A DNA stretch of 64,000 nt, taken from Vicugna vicugna. Its lineage: Eukaryota. The notes under the pieces are model-generated. The model saw only the letters and a program-made list of their open reading frames with translations. It ran no database searches and was not told the DNA's origin. The first letter of the stretch is position 1; each line of letters begins with the position of its first letter. Below, in pieces: positions 51,431 through 64,000 of this stretch. The stretch lies in NCBI GenBank assembly GCA_013265495.1, contig MU058065.1, positions 4,443,003 to 4,507,002 of the forward strand. The letters are read 5' to 3'. Both the position numbers and the translations under genes were made by a program.

Positions 51431-51968
51431 GGAATGAGACCGTAAGGAAACACTAAGTCAGAAATAGACTGTTGTAGCTATAGTTTATACCAAAGGTAAG
51501 ACATACAAGTTCCTTGCCCTCAGTAAGGTTTCATACTAGTGAAGAAGGCGAGAAATCTACAGTAAACTAATTACACAAAAATCAAGAATCATATCAAATC
51601 CTATCAACAGGGGAAATACAGAGAATTGAGAGAGGAAACTGATAGGAAAAGTGACTAGGTGGCTAGGGGAAAGCTCTTCCTTTTTCCTATTAAACTTTTT
51701 ATTTACATACCATTTCAGGCCTATAGAAACGTTTCAACACTAGCGCTGTTCAACCAGATTCTCTGTTAACATTTAACTGCCATTGGTTAAAAATGTGTGT
51801 GTGTGTGTGTGTCTGAGTGTCCGTGTATGCTATAATCTTTAGTCAGCTATTACTACAGAAAAATCCTAGACCCTAAAAATATTAAAAATGTTCCCTGTAA
51901 TAAAAATGTAGAATTATATTCTCCATTCAGTTTGGTTTTCTGTAAGTTTCCCAGGAATAAGGGATTCC

Positions 51969-52498
51969 TATCCAACATATATAAATAGCTCATACAATTT
52001 AACGTTAAAAAAAGAAAACAAACAAACAACACGATTAACAAAAGGACAGAAGCACTGAATAGGTAGTTCTCCAAAGAGGACATGCAGATGGCCAACAGGC
52101 ACATGAAAAGATGCTCAGCATCGCTAATCATCAGGGAAGTGCAAATCAAAACCACAATGAGATATTACCTCATATGAATCAGAATGGCTAGCATCAAAAA
52201 TGACACAAATAAATGTTGAGGGGGGATGTGGAGAAAAGGGAACCCTAGTACAATGTTGGTGGGAATGCAAATTGGTACAGCCATTCTGCAAAACAATATG
52301 GAGATTTCTCAAAAAAACTAAAAGTAGAACTATTATATGACCTAGCATTTCTACTCCTGGGTATATAACTGAAAAAAACAAAAACACTAATTGAAAAGGA
52401 TACATGCACCCCAATGTTCATAGCAGCATTATTACAGTTGCCAAGATATGGAAACAACATAAGTATCCATCAACAGACGACTGGATAAAGAAGACGTG

Positions 52499-52537
<39 letters not shown>

Positions 52538-52932
52538 CACGCAATGGAATATTATTCAACCATAAAAAGAAAAAATTTTTGCCATTTGCGGCAACATCGA
52601 TGGACTTGGAAGACATTATGCTAAGTGAAATAAGTCAGACAGAGAGAGACAAATACTGTATAATATCCCTTACATGTGGAATCGAAAAAATACAAAAGCT
52701 AGTGACTATAATAAAAAAGAAGCAGACTCACAGATACAGAGAGCAATCTCGTGGTCATCAGTGGGCAGCAGGAGGGGCAATACAGAGGTGGGGAGTAAGA
52801 GGTACAAACTATTGGGTGTGAGGCTACAGGGATTTTCTGTACAACCCAGAAAATATAGACAATATTTTGTAGTCCCTGTAAATGAAGTGTAACCTTTAAA
52901 AATTGTATTAAAAATAAATAATAATAAAAAAA
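51969..52932 (+). mobile_element. L1 3' ~1 kb (decayed ORF2 C-terminus, 3' UTR, A-rich tail), with (AC)n at 52501-52530
   Basis: Translates to [27 protein letters not shown]..., the L1 ORF2 C-terminal region, with stops; ends 'aaaaataaataataataaaaaa'. Confidence 0.95.
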
Positions 52933-55429
52933 TAAGTTCTCATGATCTGGGGTTTTCATCTTCTCTTTTTAATTGAGTATTGAACCACTTGGATCTCTCT
53001 AGAATCTCAAGGCGCCTAAGGACCCAAGCAAAGGGTCCCTGACATCCTCCTTGTCACCGTGAGGGCCTCAGGCTTTCCAAGTATGAACACAGACACTGGA
53101 TTCTCTGGCTTCCTTGTCTGAACAGTCCAGAGCTCTGGCCCCCCGTCAGCGTGCAGTTACTGTGAGCCTTATTGTTCATGACTTACTACACGGCTTGCTC
53201 AGAATAAAGCAGAGATGCTGGAGAGAGATTTAGAAACACATTATTATTGGTATTTTTCACTAAAACTAAAGCTTAACAGTGCAGTCGAAGCCAGGCATCT
53301 TTTTCTGACTAACACCTTCCCTGGTACGAAAGGTCTTTTTTCTTTTGGTCTCTTGTCGTAACCAACACACACTATTTTGGGAGGTTTTAATAGCTTCCAG
53401 CACCAATTTTGTTGACATACATGTTTTCCCATTTTCTGGGAGAGTTTCAGGCGGTCTGGGCTGTGTCTTACTCCTCTTTTAATACCCAGCATTTAGTCTT
53501 AAGTTCAGCACATAATAAGTGCTTAATACATAATTTTATTCATGAATAAACATACATGAATATATATGTATATGAACACATATATGTAAGATTTAAGGGA
53601 CTACAGAAATCAGGAGTAAAAAAATAATACCTCTTGTTTGTGAAAATCTTTTCCCTAAAAGAAAGAAAAAAGCAACACATGGAGGGCCTCTGTACAATAC
53701 TGGCAGCTTGAGCATGAGTATCTTTTCAAAAAATAGGCAAAGAAACTTCTTTTTGATAACAGTTTTATTTTTTAAAAGGGCACAAGTGATTTATAATCTA
53801 TCTCCCTAAACGCTCAAGAAGATTTACTTAAATGAGTGAATGAATGATTTTGATTAAAAATTTTTTCTTTGAAATAAGACACATGAAGTTCCTGTGGAAT
53901 TTTTAAAAATATGAAATAAAATGCACATACACACAAACAGAGTACGCACCACAAAATGTCAAGATCTAACACTCACAGTGAGAAAAGCTTTTCTCTTTTA
54001 CTCCTGGCTGTCTAGTGGCTTTGCAAGTAACCGTATCTTCAAGGGATGGGGAGAGGATAGGAACTTGAGCCAGTCTGGCAGCTTCTGAGCGGGTGGTGCA
54101 GACGGTGAGGCTCTGAATGGGGTCTTTGATGGAGCCAAGCATCTCCCATCTCCAGGAGCCTCCCTCTCATTAGCACTTGCCCCTGAGGGCAGCCCTCTGC
54201 CAAAAGGAAAGCAGACAGGAGAGTACCCACTCTGGGCATCTCCCCATCACACAGGGATGTTCCTGGCTGGCTTTGTCACCGGAGGTCCATTCAATGGTCT
54301 GTTTCCCCCTCTCACTCTGAGAGGATCCTTAGGTCAGAGGTGGCCTCTTCCTTCCAGGTTCTGACCTGAAGCCATCAATGTAAATGACTGCTTTGAGGGA
54401 GGGGTGGTCCTGGTGCCCCGGGCGCCCAACAGCTGGCCACAATCCATTGTGAACCAGTAAGTGCTCAGAACTTTTGCTCCATTCCCAGGGGACGTCCCAT
54501 TAAAATGATTTTGCATTCACTACCTGCCAACAGGACCTGTAACTGAGCCAAAAGGAGTAGCAGATTAAGCATAATTATGAATTCTGAGTGGAATGGAGGA
54601 GTCGGAGATTGTTTGTCATGAAAGACCTACTTTTTTCCTACTGAAAATTCACATAAGGAAGTATTGAAAGCTCCTGGTGCCTTTATATTTAAATGCACTC
54701 GCTTTGCAATTAATGCTTCTCCTTGTGCTTTTACGAAACAGAAAACCTCCCAAACTTGAAAGCTGTTCTTAGAATTGGATTTTGGTTTGCTCAAGATTTG
54801 TATCTAATCAACACGGAATTTTCTAGATAAGTATTTTAACATTTGTTAACAAGAACCAGTACCAAATGTATTTCCCAGGTTTAGCTGTCAATGAGCGGCT
54901 AATCCTTGGGGATTTATGAACCCGCACAACTGAGTGAGGATTCAAAGGCTTCTTGCAGGCTCTTCCCGAGTGTTTAATGTGTCCCCCATCAGGAACAGGT
55001 CATTCTACCATTTATTCTTTTGTCTTTCCTTCTTCACAAACAGAAAAAGAAAAGTCCAGGATGCTGAGCATAAAAATATTTGCAGCGCCTCCCTACGCCA
55101 CATCAATTCACTACCACGAATCTTCACAATGTCGCCACTTTTCCTAATTTGATATAAAATTGCTAACAGATCTCCTCATTCTGTTCCTCATGTTGCCCAT
55201 GTATTTTCCCTCTTCTAAACACTTTTATCTGCATAGAGGAGTCTCACTGGGGATTTCTTTATGGGTGTCTAAATAGTCTATTTCTCCTTCCTAAGATGCA
55301 GTATCAGCTACCGTCACACTGTTAAAAAGGTAAGATCAGAAGTTGTGTGACATCAGGTATAAATACAGATTTTTTTAAACACGGCTGGCAGACATCTGGG
55401 AGATGATAATGATAATAATAAAAATTATA

Positions 55430-55630
55430 ACACAGACAGCAGCTAGACGCTAACGTGCACTTACTGTAAGTCAGATTCCAAACTGTCTTCATCTATTGTC
55501 TTTTAATGCTCATAAATCTATGTTGTAGATCCTGACTTTATAGATGAGGAAACCAAAGCTTAGAGAATTTATTTTCCTAAGATCATGAGGCAATTCTGAG
55601 AGGAGGCTGAAACTTGAACCCAGGTGTACA
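55430..55630 (-). mobile_element. MIR SINE fragment
   Basis: 'tttatagatgaggaaaccaaagcttagaga...acttgaacccagg'. Confidence 0.75.
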
Positions 55631-56853
55631 TATATTCCATAAATACTGAAGATTTAAAAAAATTGTTTTAATTGCTTTCAGAGTAAGCTTATAGAACAAA
55701 CAAGAAAAATCAATCTGATTTCTTTCTAAACATCTTTCTATAAAACCCTCCTGTTTCCTATATTCTTCAAAACGATTTAAATCTATTCATTGCATGTAGT
55801 TTAAAAGCACCTGATGCATTTGGTTAAAAGAAAATCCAGATGTTTATTTGAAGTTGCACAGCGCCCAAATCCCAGTTGAATTAAACTTTCACTTTATCCA
55901 ATTGTGTGTTTGAGAGAGAAAAATAAAACTCACTTTTACTTATCATGTTAAATCATTGCTATGGTATATTCATAATTGATAAAACTTGTTTCTTTTTTTT
56001 AGTTGTTCCCAAAATTATGTTTAACCTTTTCCATTATGTTAATACAAGCATTTAATGATGAAGCGAATGTAAGACAAGGACAAAACCCAGTGAGATGTGT
56101 TCCATCCTTGGATACTCTGTGCTTCTTCGTAATTCCAATACTCCCAAGAAATGGTGGTTCATATTTGTAGCCACATTAGTGGAGCTATTTCTTTTTAGCA
56201 AGACAAGTCACATTACTTCCTTGGTTGCTGATATTTGGTTATTTAAGTGGCTTAAACAGTTGGCAATCAATCCCACACGTTGAGCACTTGTTAAAGGCAA
56301 GATAACTTATTGGTCTGGATTTTGTTGCTCTTCTCAACTTGGAAAAAAAAAAAAAACTTGCATTCTACTGAATAGCCAGGAATCTTTGGATCTACTCATT
56401 CATTGCTCAGTTAACTGTAGCATCTATAGATGGATGCTGTTGGAGGGAGGGGTATAATTTTGCCTTTTTTTCAAACACAGAAAGCCTCAAGTTTCTTAAA
56501 ACATTTTCATGGAGAAAAGAACCATGGACGAAGCCAGAGTATTTATCTAGCCTAGTTCTTTTTCTTCCTTCTTCTCATACTTTTATTGTTCAAACATAGG
56601 TTGGTGGCCACATAGGAAGACCTGGAAAGAAAACAGTGAAATGTCTTTCTCAGTTTATATGGAAGCATTCTGATTTCAAGTATTGGAAAGCTTTAAGACA
56701 GTTGACTGAGACCACTCTGATCATAACCCCTTCATACCAACTGGTAGTTGATAAATAACTGTTTATCTCCTGTGGGAACAGGATGGGAGGTGACAGGGGA
56801 AGAAGGAAACTGGGTGATATATACATTTGTGGTGGCAAAAAAATGGAAGCATA

Positions 56854-56946
56854 GGGGATAGATGTGGCTAGTGGGAGAGCACACACTTAGCATGTGCGAG
56901 GTCTTGGGTTCTAGCCCCGGTACCTTCACTAACAAAAAAAAAATAA
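56854..56946 (+). mobile_element. tRNA-Ala-derived SINE (camelid Vic-1-like), more diverged copy
   Basis: GGGGATAGATGTGGCTAGTGGGAGAGCACACACTTAGCATGTGCGAGGTCTTGGGTTCTAGCCCCGGTACCTTCA plus poly-A; TSD core aatggaag at 56842-56849 and 56950-56957. Confidence 0.85.
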
Positions 56947-57508
56947 TAGAATGGAAGAGTAAACAGTTGTCGTTTTTCCAGTTATAAAGGGAATATGTAT
57001 GAGTCATGAAAAAACAGTTTGAAAGGTCTGTCTGGAGGTTTTCTTGAATATTTGACAAACACATTTAAAAACAGGGCAACTGGAAACATTTCCATTAGGT
57101 GTTATTAGAGCTTGTATTTCCCTTTGCTTCACGGTGTCTGCTGGCTTCCTGCCTTCTGATGTGCAGGTGAAAAAAAACTCCATCTGGCCTTTTCATCCCC
57201 ACTGTGTCCCCTCTTCTCTGGCCCCGATTTTGCTTGGCCGAAGGCCCCATAAGAGGAACATGTTTTAGGAGATCTTTGGGACCCTCCATCCTCACTTGGA
57301 TTGGTCACTGGGACTTCCTGCCCAACGGTATTTTAACAAATAAATATGTTGTCTTGTGCCCCATTCGTTTGAAAGTAAGCATGGAAAACCAAAAGTATAA
57401 TTTAAAATTTTAAATGGAGGTCTCTACTAAAGAGTAGATAATACAAAGCGAAAAGGTGGATCAAAGTAATCAAAAAGAAAAAAGGAAAAATAGCCACAAA
57501 TTAAACAA

Positions 57509-57831
57509 TGCTATGGACTGAATCGTGTGCCCACACGTTCCTATGTTGATGCCCTAACGGTTTAGATGAGGTCATGAGGGTGAGACACTCACAATGGAAT
57601 TAGTGTCCTTATAAGAATAGATGCCAGAGAGGTGGCTCCAGCCATAGGAGATCAGAGAGAGAAGACCACTCTCTGCAAGACAGAAAGAGAGCTCTCATCA
57701 GAATTCACCCACGCTGACCATGCTGGTACCCAGATCTTGGGCTTCCAGCCTCTAGAACCGTGAGAAACAAATTTCTATTTCTTCAGCCACCCAGTCCATA
57801 CCATTTTGTTATGGCAGCCCAAGCTAATACA
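57509..57831 (+). mobile_element. MLT1A0-like MaLR solo LTR
   Basis: Starts TGCTATGGACTGAAT; ends 'ttttgttatggcagcccaagctaataca'. Confidence 0.9.
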
Positions 57832-58434
57832 ATTATCTTAAAGAGACAAAATAAATCTGTTTAATATTTTAATAGAAAAAAACAATTAAAATATCAAAAA
57901 GATTAATAAAGCATGATAGACTAAAATTATACTAATTTTAAAGTAATTTGAGTAAAATAATTAGTAAATACAAATATCTTTAAAAAAAAAAACTCAGCAA
58001 TAAAGGGGAGAAAGAATGAAAGAGACAAAATAAAGAAAACCATTCAAGGGTAGAAATAATGCAGAGGTGAAAGTTGCGCACACCCTCTGTAAGGCGAACA
58101 GGCCATTGGGTGGAGAGGGCCACAGCCGACCAATGGCAGCTCCTGTGGTCCTGCTGGTGGGGCGGCTTCCCCTGTAGGGAGGGCAGTTCAGGTTAAGCAC
58201 TGGCTGACAACAAGTCCCTTAGACTCTGCCTTTCCGCTCTTGTCGATGATTTATACTCCTCCCAAGATCACACACCTCTCACTCCTCATGTCCAAGTTCC
58301 CTGTCTGCTGCAAAGGATCCCAGCCGCTCTCTACCTACGACACAAAGGTGTATAAATCCAACATCCTACCATCAGACAGAATTTGGAGTCAGTCTCTCTT
58401 TCCCATTCAACACTCTCACTTTCCCTCCTTCTGT

Positions 58435-58830
58435 TTATTCTTTGTCTTTATCCATTTAAAAAAATACTTACTGGGAGCCTTGAATGCGTTAGGTGCTGAT
58501 CCAATGCTTTGTGTATGATGGGGCTTATTGAAAGGAACCGGGTGTCCTGCTCTCTCGAAGTTTTCATTTTAGTGGGTGGATGAAAAAGAAGGATGAAAAC
58601 AACCAAGCAAATCTCTATTTTTAAAAGTCAACTGCTATGAAGCAAATAAACAGTATGCTGAAGACTAGAAAGGAGACTCTATTTTCAGATAGAGGAGTTA
58701 TGGAAGCCCCAAGGTATCCACACTGAGACTGAAGTATGAGATGAAGCCAGGAGAAGAGTCTGGTTCAAGGAGGAGACAGTGTGCAGAGTCTCTGAGCTGG
58801 AAAGGACTCAGCCTGTTCATGGACTCCCCC
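58435..58830 (-). mobile_element. L2 3' fragment
   Basis: 'ttatccatttaaaaaaatacttactgggagcc...gtcctgctctctcgaagttttcattttagtggg'. Confidence 0.7.
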
Positions 58831-60217
58831 AGGTGGGCCTGTGAGCTCCAGGTAGAGCAGGAGGAGGGGCAGGAGACGGAATCCTGGGCCTCCCCAGGTG
58901 TGAGTAGTCTTCAGGCAGGTTGTGTCATGTTTCTGTGCCTCAGTTTCCTCATCCCGCCATAAAATGTTCTGGGAAATACCTTCCCCAGAGACCACACACT
59001 GGAGACACCTAAATCATGGTCCTTCCTCCCTTCCAGCTCTTCTTGGTACAGGGGATTTTTCTCCAGAGTTAAAGACATGTTGGGCCTTTTGAGATTCTAA
59101 ACTGCTGGAAATGTAATATGATTGTTTTTCTTTTATTTTCTTTTAATTTATTCAAGAATGAGACCTGGTTTATTGGATTGATGATGCACCGATCCAAACT
59201 CAATGTGAAGACAGTTTAAAACCTCAGATTAATTATTTTTCAATGGAGTTTTTTTTCCTGAGTATAGTCAATGTTTGAGACAAAGACTTGGTCATAAATC
59301 TTAAAATTCGCTGGGGAATTAATTTTAAAATTAAGCACACTATGATGAATTATAGGCAAATGACCGATTAGTAAAGTAGAAAAACAAAACTGGGCCAGTG
59401 GGGCGCATATGTATATGACGGCTTCTAACTAGCGGCCTCCGCAGTCAGCATCTCATTCAAGGAGGAGAGTCATGTCCACTTTTTTAATTCTGTTTTTTGG
59501 CTTTACCTGTCCCAAGGCTCATGCCTGAGAAGTCATTTCCAAATTTAAATAGAAATTATCAGCCTATATTAAATTATATTAAATATTAAATATTTAAATA
59601 CCTATAATATTAAATACCTATAATATCAACTAGGATATTACAGCAAACAGTGACACCCGAGAAGTCTTAAGGAACTTCAAAATCTGAGGATGCCAAGATT
59701 GGAAAATTGGTCACACATGAGAAGTGTGGAGTTAGTCACTTGATTTCCTGAACTTATTCACCCAGAACTCATTCACTCACCTGTCTTTGCGAGCTCTAGT
59801 CCCTCTTACTCTCCGCAACTAGCTGTTTTCCCATCTCAAAAGCAGGATATTTACTCTCCTTGTCAAAGATGATCAAACAATACAGAATGATCGATGAATA
59901 AGTAGGGTTTTAATTTCATGTGATAAAGCTAAATAATGATCAAGGAGATATTCAATCAAGAAATACATTGTCAACTATCTGAGGAGGAAACAGACATATT
60001 CCCACGGTGACGCTGGGGGTGGGATAGCGGGAGGGAAGACCAAGGCTGTTCTGTGTGTTTTTCCAAACCTTCAGTATGTTCCTTACACGAATGATCCCCT
60101 TTACCCTCCTCCATGGCCCCTCCACACACACACACTGCATGGTGTATAGCTCTCAAGTCAAAGTACTTATGTGATTTAAGCCTGGGTGAGGTCTTGTGTC
60201 CATCAAGAAAAAAGCAC

Positions 60218-60863
60218 ATGAAAAAATATTCAATATCATTAATTACCAGAGAAATGCAAATCAAAACTACAATGTGGTATCACCTCACACCAGTCAGGAT
60301 GGCCATCATTCAAAAGCCCACAAATGACAAATGCTGGAGAGGCTGTGGAGAAAGGGGAACCCTCCTACACTGTTGGTGGGAATGCAGTTTGGTGCAGCCA
60401 CTGTGGAAAACAGTATGGAGAGTATGCAGCCACATGGATGGACCTGGAGATCGTCATTCTAAGTGAAGTAAGCCAGAAAGAGAAAGAATAAAAAACATAT
60501 GACATCATATGTGGAATCTAAAAAAAAGAAAAAAAGAAGACACTAATGAACTCATCTACAAAACAGAAACAGACTCACAGACATAGTAAACAATCTAATG
60601 GTTACCGGTGGCAGAGAAGCAGGTGGGAAGGGATACATGGGGAGTTTGAGATTTGCAAATATTAGCTAGTATATATAAAATAGATAAACAAGTTTCTACT
60701 GTATAGCACAAGGAACTATATTCAATATGTTGTAATAACCTATAATGAAAGAGAATATGAAAATGAATACATGTATGTACATGTACGACTGAAACATTAT
60801 GCCATACACCAGAAAAAAAATGATGCATTATAAATTGACTATACTTTAATTAAAAAAATAAAC
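60218..60863 (+). mobile_element. Young camelid-type L1 3' end with internal deletion
   Basis: ORF2 C-terminus [69 protein letters not shown], then 3' UTR and A tail; TSD core aaaagcac at 60210-60217 and 60864-60871. Confidence 0.95.
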
Positions 60864-61599
60864 AAAAGCACTCTTCGTGGTTCCTGCTCCATGACAGATT
60901 TATCCCAGCTCTCTAAAGTCTACAAGCTCTTCAGAGGGAATGATGAGTTGAGTGATGGGCAGAGGGGCATAGGAAGGGATCTGTAACCCCCTTTTCCCTC
61001 TGGCACTCCTCCATGAGTTTTCTGGGAAGTGGAATTTGGAGTTAAGGTGTGATCTGCAGTGGCCTTTGTTAAAATGCATATGTACGTGGAACCAGACAAT
61101 GAGTTTCCACATTGGCCCAGATTTGATTTGCAGTTGGGGAAGTGTGTCCACACACTGTGGCGGGGAGGGCCAACTCAAGTTCCTTTAGTTTTTATTCAGA
61201 CCCTGCCAGGTGCTGGTTTTCTGATCCTGCTGTAATTTATTCCCTTTTTGAGCATCACTTTCCTTAGCTCTAAGATGATGAAGAGTCCTTACCCATAATG
61301 AGATTTAATGAGATGCTTTAAGGAAAGACTGCGGCATTGTATGCAGAGCACAGTTCACACTTCTGAGTTGTTAGCCGGGATGAGTAGCTTTTCAGACTTA
61401 GCAAGCTGATGTAGGAAAAGCAAGATTTGGTAAGACGAAAAAGAAGGAGTTACTGAGTGGGATGACGGAAGGGGATGGGGATGGACTTGCCTTTGGGGGG
61501 ACTCAAAGTGGGCAAAAGAACTGCTTTGAGTATTGGGGGATGTGGCTGACAAACAGAAGAGAGGATGAAAAGTCAAAAAAGATAAAATGCTTTATCTCA

Positions 61600-61830
61600 T
61601 ATTAAATACTTATTTGGCTTTTACTCCCAATCAAGTACTGTTTTATGTATTTCATGAATATTAACTCGACGAGTCCTCATTATAACTTTATGGGTGGTAG
61701 ATTCTCTTTGTTTTTACAGATGATAAAACTAAGGCACAGAGAAGTTAAGTAACTTGCCCAAGGACACACAGCAGAGCTTGAGTTTGAATCCAGGTTCCTA
61801 AGCCTATGATTTTAAACATTAAACCAAGTT
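61600..61830 (-). mobile_element. MIR SINE
   Basis: 'ttttacagatgataaaactaaggcacagagaagttaagtaacttgcccaaggacacacagc'. Confidence 0.9.
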
Positions 61831-63449
61831 TTCATTTTTCCAAGTATTTTCCAGTCCTGGCCCTGATCATCTAGGAGTGGAACAGGAGATTAAAAAGATT
61901 CATGTTCAATCCTCTGTTTTCATGTATTTTGTTCTTTCCCAATCCCTGCATTCCTGGGCACCTTCTTGTGTCACGGCGTTAATGCATCGTACTTTGAGTC
62001 AACCAATTTCACTTATTCTTAAACTTCAGGGTGTCTTCACGTTTATGTATTTTCCAATTTATTTTCTTAGAGATGTGGGAACTAATCAAATTTTATTTTG
62101 TAACCCGTATAACTGTATCAAAATTAGTATGCCCTTTCTTCAGAACCAACAATATTTTCTTGTTTACTGCATGCTATCTGTACTGGTATAGAAGATGCAG
62201 TTAAGCAAGAGGCAGTGATCAACACCTGCTCTCTGATTCACCAAAATAATATGATTTTATTAGAAATTGTTATGTGATTTAGAAAATGGTAATAATTCAA
62301 CTGGCCTTATAACAGTTAAAATGTAGTTGCTTTTCTTCTTTTTTCTTTTATGCATGTGCTGGGAAGTATTTCCTCCCACCAATGGTGAATTTGCTACCTT
62401 TTGGCCACATAAACATTCAAAATTATAACACATTTATTGGCTTTATTAAGCATTGCCAGCTTTGATCCTGTAATCCTATTAAAAGACACTGAAAAACAGA
62501 AAACTGCTCCTATAAATTTGAGGAAAAGTTTCAGTTGCGAAGTCCCAACTTCTTTTTACTAAAGTATAAAGCTAAAAAGGAAAATAATAGTTTCTACTGA
62601 CTTGTAAAGATACACATGTGTTCATCAGTATGCCTTTTCTACTCAAGTGAATTGAAAGTGTCAGAAACCAAAGTCGTCCCTTTTCTTCTGAGACAAAACA
62701 AGATACACATTCTGGCTGCCTCATCTGTGAGTCACTGTCATCTCTGGAGGCATCCATTTTAAGACTGTAATTCCAATGAGATGACTGTTTGAGCTTGGAT
62801 GCTCTTTGTGATTGTGGCTTATTTTTTTGGTGCTCCAAAGTAACCATTTTGACAGGCATCCTGATTTATAGGAATACTTAATTAATTCTAATAGTGATTT
62901 TGCTCTTAGTAGCTTTAATTTTCGTATTTTAGCAACATTTCATCCACATCCTAGGGACTCAGAAGTAAAGGGAAATGCCAGTGTCCTGTCCACTGTGAAT
63001 GCCCAACTAGCAGAAAGGATACCTGTGTAGTTAAACGGCCAAGAAAGAAGATCTCAATGGCTGTGAAAAAATCTTTATTTCCTTTTCCTCTTTTGTGGCA
63101 CAGAAGGAGGAATCCTATTTTTCTTTTAGGGAAAACTGAGTAGAGAAAACCATGCAGTAGGCAGAGAACATTTACATGTGTTATTCCCTTTGGTATTTCT
63201 CTTTGGGAAATCTACCTCATTCTTTCTATGAAGGAAGGGTAGTTGGTAATTTATAGAGATCCCAGGTTAATTCCATATAAGGATGATAGATTTTTCTTGT
63301 CACTATCAAAGTCATCATTGTTTTTTCATAAATTTCTGTCAGTCCAGTTGTGGTTGAAGGACTTTTTCTTCCTAACTTCCTTTTATTCAGAGATTTTAAT
63401 ACGTCAACTTTAGAATCAACAGTTGCTTAATCCTATTGGAAAGAAAGCG

Positions 63450-63785
63450 GGAAATATTACTCATACATTTGATTAGGTTAAAAGAACCAGCACGCTGCCT
63501 GGTTCTGTACCACCATTGAGCTAAAAATATTTTTAAAATGTTAATTAAAAAAAATCCAAAGAAGAGCAATATTTTATGACCCATGAAAATAATATGAAAT
63601 TCAAATATGTGTCCACAAATATAGTTTTATTGGAACACAGCCACGCCCATTTGTTTATGTAGTGTAGATTCCTGATTTCCACGACAGCAGTGGAGTTGAT
63701 TAATTATGACAGAGATCCTGTGATAGGCATAGCCTAAAATATTTACTTTCTGGTGTTTTTACAAAAGAAACGTCACTGACCATTG
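63450..63785. mobile_element. MER58B-like hAT-Charlie element (opposite orientation to 39803-40088)
   Basis: 'agttttattggaacacagccacgcccatttgtttatgta...agcctaaaatatttactttctgg'. Confidence 0.85.
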
Positions 63786-64000
63786 AATTATAAGGAAGTG
63801 GAAAAAAGAAAGAAAGATTTGGTTAAGGTATGTTTTTAAACATTAGTACTTCTTAAAAGAGGACGAGTGACTTGGAAATGCAACTTATAATCTTCTCTAA
63901 TCAAGTAAGAATTTGTCGATTGTCTCAGTCCAGGCACTTATTTTATAGATGATTTTATCAAAGAAAATTGAGGACTAGAGATTTAAAAATATTTCTGGGA

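Noticed and set aside
51853..52959. Cluster of overlapping ORFs
   Set aside because: All are frames of a decayed L1 3' end, not host genes.
54000..54520. GC-richer segment that may be an old ERVL LTR
   Set aside because: Could not identify termini or family with confidence.
60140..60205. Faint tRNA-SINE-like text (gtatagctc...gaggtcttgtgtcca) just 5' of the L1, suggesting a chimera
   Set aside because: Similarity is weak and gapped, and the L1's TSD lies between the two.
1..64000. CRISPR arrays, operons, rRNA, CpG-island promoter, ERV internal genes, processed pseudogenes
   Set aside because: No repeat-spacer periodicity, no gene-dense ORFs, no CpG island, no gag/pol/env-like or known-protein translation seen; the sequence is mammalian non-coding DNA.

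Overview
AT-rich (~40% GC by eye), repeat-rich mammalian non-coding DNA, intergenic or deep intronic. The source is very probably a camelid (alpaca/llama/camel): it carries two tRNA-Ala-like SINEs resembling the camelid Vic-1 family and young L1 3' ends of the camelid/cetartiodactyl type. I can support no protein-coding gene; the ORF track is explained by chance ORFs and decayed L1 ORF2. The window is mostly eutherian transposon fossils (MLT1 and other ERV LTRs, L1, L2, MIR, MER5A, MER58, Tigger1 derivative), microsatellites and a few unique stretches that may be regulatory. Best-supported observations: a three-level nested insertion with an exact 4-bp TSD (1-1340), a probable L1 3' transduction (27327-27540), an internally deleted young L1 (60205-60871) and an old 65-bp tandem duplication. 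More speculative: a minus-strand spliced non-coding transcript and recursive-splice-site-like motifs. I found no convincing novel biological system. Repeat family names come from recalled consensus similarity, not a database search, and boundaries of old repeats are approximate.
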